DNA of 64,000 nt from Myxococcota bacterium (GTDB lineage Bacteria; Myxococcota_A; Polyangia; Nannocystales; Nannocystaceae), in assembly GCA_039028615.1 (NCBI GenBank), contig JBCCHT010000018.1, forward strand, positions 64,001 through 128,000. Direction: 5' to 3'. Numbering within the stretch: the stretch's first letter is position 1; every line of letters begins with the position of its first letter. Below, piece by piece: positions 41,544 to 48,425 of the stretch. The notes under the pieces are model-generated. The model was not told where the DNA came from. It worked only from the letters and a program-made list of their open reading frames with translations, and made no database searches. The position numbers and the translations under genes were made by a program.

Positions 41544-41559
41544 TGCGAGCGGTGTGCCA
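41544..41559 (-). promoter_or_regulatory. Sigma54 (-24/-12) promoter
   Basis: Minus strand TGGCACACCGCTCGCA has exact GG-N10-GC spacing and a perfect TGGCAC. Confidence 0.75.
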
Positions 41560-41649
41560 CGGGGTGCACGCGCCTGGCATTCTTTTAAAGTGTTTTGAGA
41601 TCAAAGAGATGCTTGGGGCTCGGCGGAACCATGACCGGGGGCCACAGCC

Positions 41650-41733
41650 GTCAATCCGATGACAAACCGACGGAGGTTCGACGGCTTGTCAGAAACTTGA
41701 CGCCGGATGTCGGGAAATCGTCGACACTTTGAC
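41650..41733. promoter_or_regulatory. Three palindromic GTCA-N6-TGAC boxes (putative enhancer-binding-protein sites)
   Basis: GTCAatccgaTGAC 41650-41663; GTCAgaaactTGAC 41688-41701; GTCGacacttTGAC 41720-41733. Confidence 0.6.
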
Positions 41734-42050
41734 GGCTAGGGGGAAACCTGGTGTGAAGTTCAATACCGCCCTCCCTTGCATCCAGCTCAACGTTCGGGCC
41801 GAACCGATTGAATTAGGGCGAGAAGGCTCGAATTCGATCGGTTCGGGCGCCGGCGACATTCGCGATCGACGGAAGAGATCGTCGGGCCGGTCCGGCCGTT
41901 GGCAGGGCAAGACGCCACCTTGCCATGTCGAACACGCATACCGCGCCAACCTACTGGGGGGGCCCGACCGTGGGTCCGACCCCGAACTGGGCGGACTCCG
42001 CTCTCGCCGTCGTCCGAGGAACGGCGGCCTCTCCCCGCTGTCTAGCTCAC

Positions 42051-42704
42051 GTGATGCGCACTCCAGAACAGGACGAAGCTCGCAGCGACGAGTCCCTCAT
42101 GGAGGCGTTTCGCCTCGGCGATGCCGACGCCTTCGAGGTGCTCGTCACACGCCATAGCCGCGGGCTGTACAACTTCTTGCTGCGGAGCGTCCATTCGCCT
42201 GCCCGCGCCGAGGAGCTGCTGCAGGACGTGTTGTTCCGAGTGATCCGCTCCAAGGACCGCTACATGCGTTCGGCCCGGTTCACCACCTGGGTCTATACGA
42301 TTGCGCGTAACCTGTGCGTGGACGAAAGCCGTCGCGCCCGGTTCCGCGATCACGAGTCGCTCGATGCGCCGCTGCGCGGCCGCAAGGCGCACGAGAGTTC
42401 TTCGAACATGCTGTCGACCTTGGCCAGCACCACCCCTTCGCCCGACCTGGGCGCGGACAGCCCTCGCCTGCGGGAGCGGCTCAACCGCGCCGTGCATCGG
42501 CTGCCGGTCGATCAGCGCGAGGTCTTTGTGATGCGGCTGATGGCGGGTATGTCCTTCCGAGAGATCGGCGAGACGGTGGGCGCCCCCGAAAATACGGTGA
42601 AGAGCCGCATGCGTTATGCGCTCGACAAGCTCCGCGACGAGCTGGCCGACCTGCGTCACGCGGTATGCTCGGTAGTGTCCGAGGAAAGCCTCGCCCATGG
42701 CTGA
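42051..42704 (+). CDS. ECF sigma factor
   Basis: 'SDESLM..GDADAFEVLV', 'AEELLQD', 'FTTWVYTIARNLCVD', 'LP.DQREVF', 'TVKSRMRYAL'. Start could be 41925. Confidence 0.92.
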   Translation: MMRTPEQDEARSDESLMEAFRLGDADAFEVLVTRHSRGLYNFLLRSVHSPARAEELLQDVLFRVIRSKDRYMRSARFTTWVYTIARNLCVDESRRARFRDHESLDAPLRGRKAHESSSNMLSTLASTTPSPDLGADSPRLRERLNRAVHRLPVDQREVFVMRLMAGMSFREIGETVGAPENTVKSRMRYALDKLRDELADLRHAVCSVVSEESLAHG

Positions 42705-43806
42705 GTGGAGTCCCGCGCAGCTCGATCGCCTCGAGGATGCCCTCGAGGAACTCGAGCAGGAGGGTGGCCTCGAGCGTTGGCTCGAGGACGAGCCCGGCGT
42801 GGGCGATCCTCTGCGGGAGCGGCTGACGGACTATCGCGACATCCTGGTGGCCAGCCGCGAGGCGCTGCCCATGGAAGAGGTGCCGTCGGGCTTGCTCGAT
42901 GGAGTGTTCGAAGAGGCGCGACGCGCCGCGGCCACGCCCGCGGTGGCGGCGGCCAAGGAACCCTGGTGGCGGCGCCTGCGACGGAGCTTCTTGGTGCCCA
43001 CCGTGGCCCTAGCCGGCACGGCGGCGCTGGTGTTTTGGATCGGTCGCCCCGAGAGCCAGCCCACGAGCGCGGACATGCCTTCACCCGAGTCGGCCGAGGC
43101 CGCCGCGGCGCAGCCCGTCGAGCGAGCCGAGAAGACGCGCAAGCGAGGCGATCGGGCGGTCGCACCCGCCGATGCCGAAGGCGACGCCGAGCAGAGCCTC
43201 GAAGAAGAAGAGCAGGCCAAGGCCGAAGCCGAGCCGGACGAGCCGCCGCCGCCGCCCGCCGCCGTTCCGCAGTCGGCCGCGCCCACCCGCGCCCAGACCT
43301 ACGACGAAGGCGAGCTCGGGGTGAAGATCGACGGCAAGCTCGACGACGCCAAGGGAGCCGACACCGACAAGACGGGCAAGGTCCTCGGCGGCGTGCCGAC
43401 GGAGCCCGAGGTCGTGCCCGGCTCGGGCTCGGCGGGTCGCTGGGACTTGATCACTGCGGGCGATCAGGCGCGGCAGGCCGGCGACTGCGTGGGCGCGCGG
43501 CAGAGCTACGCGGTCGCGCTCGAGGACGATGAAGCCGCCGTACGGGCGCGGGCCTACGCGGGCATGGGCCTATGCGATGCCCAGCAGGGCAACTCCGCCG
43601 CCGCCGATTCGAACTACGAGCGGGCGCGGGAGCTCGACGGTGCATCCATCGACGACTTCCTCGACTCGCAGCGCGATCACGGTCCGCCCAAGACGAGTCG
43701 GCCCAAGCGCAGCAAGAAGAAGAAGGCCAAGCCTCGCTCGAAGTCGAGTTCGTCCAAGACGAACAAGGCGATCAACATGGACCAGATGAGCGACCCCTTC
43801 GGCTGA
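42697..43806 (+). CDS. Putative transmembrane anti-sigma factor with C-terminal TPR-like region
   Basis: Overlaps the ECF stop; N-terminal helical domain, 'PWWRRL' plus TM helix, low-complexity linker, TPR-like C-terminus. Confidence 0.68.
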   Translation: MAEWSPAQLDRLEDALEELEQEGGLERWLEDEPGVGDPLRERLTDYRDILVASREALPMEEVPSGLLDGVFEEARRAAATPAVAAAKEPWWRRLRRSFLVPTVALAGTAALVFWIGRPESQPTSADMPSPESAEAAAAQPVERAEKTRKRGDRAVAPADAEGDAEQSLEEEEQAKAEAEPDEPPPPPAAVPQSAAPTRAQTYDEGELGVKIDGKLDDAKGADTDKTGKVLGGVPTEPEVVPGSGSAGRWDLITAGDQARQAGDCVGARQSYAVALEDDEAAVRARAYAGMGLCDAQQGNSAAADSNYERARELDGASIDDFLDSQRDHGPPKTSRPKRSKKKKAKPRSKSSSSKTNKAINMDQMSDPFG

Positions 43807-43818
43807 GTCAGCCGCGGG

Positions 43819-44802
43819 TCACAGCCACTGGTCGAAGCACGTCGCCATGTGTCGAGCCCCGCGTCGGCTCGTCATGATGGTGAAGTGATTGCGTCGCGGC
43901 ACGATCAGCGACTCGCAGGGACCGTGGAACTGCGCGGCCAGGCGCACCGCTTCGCTGGGCGGCGCAATGGCATCCCAGGCGCCGTTGACCAGGGCCACGG
44001 GGAGCTTCGACAGTCGCGCCGCGCAGCGTAGAGGACCCAGCTCGTCGATGGCCTCCTGGATGATCGGCTCGGTGACGCGGTCGAACAGATCGATCTCGCG
44101 GGCACCCAATGACGACGGCACCTCGGGCAGCCGGATGCGGGCTCGCAGCGAGCGGAGCAGGGCATGCGGCGGCACCTGGGCCCAGCCTTCGAGGGCTTCG
44201 GGGTTGAGGGTGGAGACGAACTCGCGCAGACGGGCGCGGCCGTTCATCGACACGGTGACCGGGGTCGAGACCAGGCCGATCGCCCTGGCGAGGCCGGTGT
44301 CGGCGGCGGCTCGCAGGGCACACGAGCCGCCGAGGCTCACGCCCATCACCCCGAGGCGATCGGGCAGCACCTCGGGTCGATCGGCGAGCCAATTGAACGC
44401 CGCGGTGGCCGTGTGGGCGAGGCCGGTGCCGCTGAGCGGGAAGGGGTGTCGCCCGTGGCCATCGAGGTCGACGTGCAGCACGCCGATCTCTCGCTCGAGC
44501 AAGGCCTCGATGAAGAACAGGTAGGCCAGCGGCATCCATGCCGAGGTGCCGTGCATCAGCAGCACGCAGGGGCGTGGCTCGGGCGTGGCGGGCAGGTACA
44601 GGATGCCGGGGGTGTGGGCATCGGCGACGGGAATGTCGACCTCGTGCGCTCGAATGCCCGGCAGACGCGCGGCGAGCTTGGGCGTGGCGTCGACCGCGGT
44701 GGGCAGCGCGGTTACGGTGCGGAGGACCAGCCGAATCGAGGCGGTAATCAGGGAGCGGGGCGCGTAGCGTCGCGGAGCGAGCGAGGTCGTGGGCTCGGGC
44801 AT
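43819..44802 (-). CDS. Alpha/beta hydrolase
   Basis: 'LLMHG', 'DLDGHG', 'GVSLGG' nucleophile, 'GAWD', 'RNHF'. Confidence 0.85.
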   Translation of the reverse strand: MPEPTTSLAPRRYAPRSLITASIRLVLRTVTALPTAVDATPKLAARLPGIRAHEVDIPVADAHTPGILYLPATPEPRPCVLLMHGTSAWMPLAYLFFIEALLEREIGVLHVDLDGHGRHPFPLSGTGLAHTATAAFNWLADRPEVLPDRLGVMGVSLGGSCALRAAADTGLARAIGLVSTPVTVSMNGRARLREFVSTLNPEALEGWAQVPPHALLRSLRARIRLPEVPSSLGAREIDLFDRVTEPIIQEAIDELGPLRCAARLSKLPVALVNGAWDAIAPPSEAVRLAAQFHGPCESLIVPRRNHFTIMTSRRGARHMATCFDQWL

Positions 44803-44940
44803 GATGAGCGGACGGGCCCCACGATACACGAGCGCGCCCTATTGAACCTTCGGCGCGTCGATCGGGGATGGTCGCGCTCGGCGCTTTGTTCTATTTTACG
44901 CCCCTCTTCACGTTCCCAACCTGCGGGGGTTCTGAAAACA

Positions 44941-46785
44941 ATGTCCGATAAAACCCTGGGCCAGATGGTGCTCGAGCGCATCGCCAGCAGCCCCAACGAT
45001 CCCGCCGTCCGTGCTCGTCGGGAGCCGGGCGGGCCCTACCAAGATACCAGCTGGAAGCAGCTGGGCGATCGCATGGAGAAGATCGCGGCCGGCCTCCTCA
45101 CGGCAATGCCGGAGCCGCTCGCCGACGATTGCCACATCGCGATCCTCGGCAACTCCAGCGAGGACTGGATCGCCTGCGACTTTGCCTGCCTGGCCATCGG
45201 CCTGCGCACCGTGCCCGTGTACGCGACCCTGCTCGTCGACGAGGTGGGCTACGTGCACGTGGACACCAGCTGCGTCGTTTCCATCGTCGACAACGCCGCG
45301 CAGCTCGAGAAGATCCGCGAGATTCGCAACGGCTTCACCTTCTTCGAAAAGGAGTACGGCGCCGACCAGGTGCTGGTGAAGCACATCGTGGTCATCGATC
45401 CCACCGGGCTCGAGCCGGCCGACGACTGGGAGAGCCTGGCCGACCTCGAAAAGCGTGGCGCCGAGAAGCTCGAGGAGACCAAGGCCGACCGCGAGCGTCG
45501 GGCCTCGGCCGTCAAACGCCCGGACACGGCGACCTACACCTATACGTCGGGCACCACGGGGCCGCCCAAGGCGGTGATCCAGACCCATCACAATCACATG
45601 TCGATGGTCGAGAACATCGAGGCCACCGGCATCCTGACCAACGCGGTCGCCGACGGGGGCTTGTTCCTGTTCTTGCCGCTCGCTCACAGCTTCGGGCGAC
45701 TCATCGAGATCTCCGGGCCCTACTACGGGGCGCCGATCGTGATCGCCGAGATCCCCACGCTGGGCGACGACCTTCGCGACACCCGGCCCGGCTTCATTCC
45801 TGCTGCGCCGCGTGTGTACGAGAAGATGAAGTCACGCGTGGAGACGCTGGTGGCGGGGGCGCCTCCGCTGCGCCAGAAGCTGTTCCACGCCGCGATCAAT
45901 GCGGGCAAGGCCACGATCCCGTATCGCGCGGTGGGCAAGCCGCTGCCCTTTTTCACCAACCTGAAGTTCAGGCTCGCCGATAAGGTCGTGCTGTCGAAGC
46001 TGCGAGCGCGGCTGGGCATGGACCGGGCGCACACGCTGCTTTCGGGTTCGGCTCCGCTGTCGGTGCCCGTGCACGAGTTCTTCTTGGCGATCGGGCTGAG
46101 CTTGCTCGAGGCGTATGGGCTCACCGAGACGTGCCCGGGCCTCACCACCAACCTGCCGGATCGCTTCAAGCTCGGCACGGTGGGGCGGGCGTTCCCGGGG
46201 GTGCAGATCAAGATCGCCGAGGACGGGGAGATCCTGGCCAAGGGGGCGAACATCACCAGCGGCTATCTCAATCGGCCGGATGCGACGGGCGATGCGTTCG
46301 ATGATGATGGCTGGTTCCATACGGGCGACCTCGGCTCGATGGATGGGGACGGGTTCGTCAAGATCACTGGGCGCAAGAAAGAGCTGATGAAGACGTCGGG
46401 CGGCAAGTACATTGCGCCGGCGAAGCTCGAGGGGCGGCTGAAGTTGCTGCCGCTGATCCAAGAGGTCGTCACGGTGGCGGATACGCGGAACTATGTGACG
46501 GCGTTGGTGGCGATCGACCCGGAGGAGCTCAAGGAGTGGTCGGAGCAGACGGGGAATCCGAACGACATGCAGAGCAAGGCGCTCAATGATGCGGTGCAGA
46601 AGCATGTGGATGAGGTGAACTCGAGTCTCGCGAAGTTTGAGACGATCAAGTACTTTACTTTGATTCCGCCGTTGACGGTGGAGGATGGGTTTCTTACGGC
46701 TTCGTTGAAGGTGAAGCGGAAGGTCGTGTACGAGCGGCACGAGGAGGAGATTGACGCGATGTATAAGAAGACCAAGGCGTCCTGA
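44941..46785 (+). CDS. fadD: Long-chain fatty acyl-CoA synthetase (AMP-dependent)
   Basis: 'YTSGTTGPPK', 'LPLAHSF', 'YGLTET', 'GWFHTGDLG', 'ITGRKKEL.KTSGGK', 'LKVKR'. Confidence 0.9.
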   Translation: MSDKTLGQMVLERIASSPNDPAVRARREPGGPYQDTSWKQLGDRMEKIAAGLLTAMPEPLADDCHIAILGNSSEDWIACDFACLAIGLRTVPVYATLLVDEVGYVHVDTSCVVSIVDNAAQLEKIREIRNGFTFFEKEYGADQVLVKHIVVIDPTGLEPADDWESLADLEKRGAEKLEETKADRERRASAVKRPDTATYTYTSGTTGPPKAVIQTHHNHMSMVENIEATGILTNAVADGGLFLFLPLAHSFGRLIEISGPYYGAPIVIAEIPTLGDDLRDTRPGFIPAAPRVYEKMKSRVETLVAGAPPLRQKLFHAAINAGKATIPYRAVGKPLPFFTNLKFRLADKVVLSKLRARLGMDRAHTLLSGSAPLSVPVHEFFLAIGLSLLEAYGLTETCPGLTTNLPDRFKLGTVGRAFPGVQIKIAEDGEILAKGANITSGYLNRPDATGDAFDDDGWFHTGDLGSMDGDGFVKITGRKKELMKTSGGKYIAPAKLEGRLKLLPLIQEVVTVADTRNYVTALVAIDPEELKEWSEQTGNPNDMQSKALNDAVQKHVDEVNSSLAKFETIKYFTLIPPLTVEDGFLTASLKVKRKVVYERHEEEIDAMYKKTKAS

Positions 46786-46886
46786 GGGGCGGGTCTTTTC
46801 GCGGGATTCGGGCGGGGTTGGCGGGAGCTGGCCTCGCTCGAGTTGATTTTGGGGGTGGGTTTTTTGGCGCTTTGCGGACGGGTGGG

Positions 46887-47755
46887 TGCTTGGAGGGGGG
46901 TCGAGTTGGTTCGAGCGGAGGGCTCGCCTGTTGACGGCTGGAACCCTCCCCGGACGTGCTCGGCGGCCGTGGTAGCAGGGTGTTTCGCGAAGGCTGTACG
47001 GGGCCGCCTCCGCGCGACCGGGCCCCCTCCATCCTACGCGGCTTCGCTTCAGCCCTCCCCGCACTCGGTCTCGCGTTCGGAAAGTGGTGTGGGTCCTGCC
47101 CGATCGTAGGCAGATCCTCGAACGGGCGAGGGAGGGTTTAGCCTTCTGCGTACTTGGTCTCGAGTTCGAAGGGCGGTGTGGGTCTTGCTCGGTCGCAAGT
47201 AGACTTGCTTTGCGGTTGCTCGGTGGTGGTTGGGCGAAGGGGGCTTGCTTGGAGGGCGTTGTGGTTGGTTCGAGCGGAGGGCTCGCCTGTTGATGGCTGG
47301 AACCCTCCCCGGACGTGCTCGGCGGCCGTGGTAGCGGGGTGTTTCTCGGAGGCTGTACGGGGCCGCCTCCGCGCGACCGGGCCCCCTCCATCCTACGCGG
47401 CGTCGCTTCAGCCCTCCCCGCACTCGGTCTCCCGTTCGGAAAGTGGTGTGGGTCCTGCCCGATTGTAGGCAGATCCTCGAATGGGCAAGGGAGGGTTCAG
47501 CCTGCGCGTACTTGGTCTTCTGTTCGGATGGTGGTGTGGGTCCTGCCCGATTGTAGGCAGATCCTCGAATGGGCAAGGGAGGGTTCAGTCTGCGCGTACT
47601 TGGTCTTCTGTTCGGATGGTGGTGTGGGTCCTGCCCGATCGTGGGCAGGCTTCTGAACGGGCAGGGGGTTCAGCCATCGCGCACTCGGTCTCAATTGGAG
47701 CGGGGGGGGGGTGGGTTGTGCCTGATTGTGGGGGGTTCCCGAGTGGGCGCGGGTT
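46887..47755. repeat. Nested intergenic repeat: 359-bp direct duplication containing ~88-bp palindromic subunits
   Basis: Copies start at 46887 and 47246; subunits start at 47048, 47137 (degenerate), 47407, 47496, 47584 and 47669 (degenerate); the intact ones carry a gggtcCTGCC-cgatcgta-GGCAGatcc-type hairpin. Confidence 0.9.
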
Positions 47756-47780
47756 GGTGTCGCTATGTCGACGAGGGCGT

Positions 47781-48425
47781 TTAGAAGAGGGAGAGGTTGG
47801 GTTGTTTGGTGGCGCCCCAGCTGCGGCGGGCTTCGGGGGGGAGGGTGCCGTAGCGTTGTTGGTAGGCGGAGAGGAAGGTCTTGGTGGCGGGGTTGAGGTA
47901 GCCGCCGCCTTTGATGGGGCCGAACTCTTGGGTGTAGCGGGTGGCGATGACGTGGAAGGCTCGGTCGCGGGCGTCTTTGGCGATGATGGAGGCGGCGGCT
48001 ACGGCGAGGTGGGCGGACTCGCCGTCGTTGAGGGCTTGGAGGTTGGGGTAGTGGGCGCGGAGGGGGGCGAACATGGTGGCGCCGTCGCAGATGATGCGGG
48101 CGTGGCGGGGGGCCTTTAGGGCGTCGAGGAGCTCGAGGACGACGCGGCGTTCTAGGGCGTTGAGGAGGCCGCGGTAGGTGTAGTGGTCGATCTCTTCGAC
48201 TTCGACGGTGCGGAGGCGGTGGTGGGGGACGATGGTGATGATCTGGGCGGCGAGGTCTTGGCGACGTTGGCGGGCTTCGTTGCCGCTGCCGAAGCGCTTG
48301 GAGTCGGCGACGCCGAGTTTGGCGAGGGCCTTTTCGGCGGGTTTGTCGACGGCGACGACGGCGATGGTCATGGGGCCGAGGATGGGGCCGCGGCCGGCTT
48401 CGTCGGCACCGAAGACGAGGGTCAC
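47781..48425 (-). CDS. rnhB: Ribonuclease HII
   Basis: 'GADEAGRGPILGPM', 'DSK', 'VAAASIIAKDARD', 'GGGY', 'RRSW'; GTG start overlaps the upstream stop. Confidence 0.92.
   Translation of the reverse strand: MTLVFGADEAGRGPILGPMTIAVVAVDKPAEKALAKLGVADSKRFGSGNEARQRRQDLAAQIITIVPHHRLRTVEVEEIDHYTYRGLLNALERRVVLELLDALKAPRHARIICDGATMFAPLRAHYPNLQALNDGESAHLAVAAASIIAKDARDRAFHVIATRYTQEFGPIKGGGYLNPATKTFLSAYQQRYGTLPPEARRSWGATKQPNLSLF

Noticed and set aside
41263..41662. Short ORFs overlapping the candidate sRNA
   Set aside because: Atypical codon usage, no RBS, and they cross the promoter or terminator; a very small peptide cannot be fully excluded.
46887..47755. CRISPR array or group II intron fragment
   Set aside because: Units are contiguous near-copies without unique spacers, there are no cas genes, and the 'gcacgtccgg' stretch on the minus strand lacks a full domain V hairpin.
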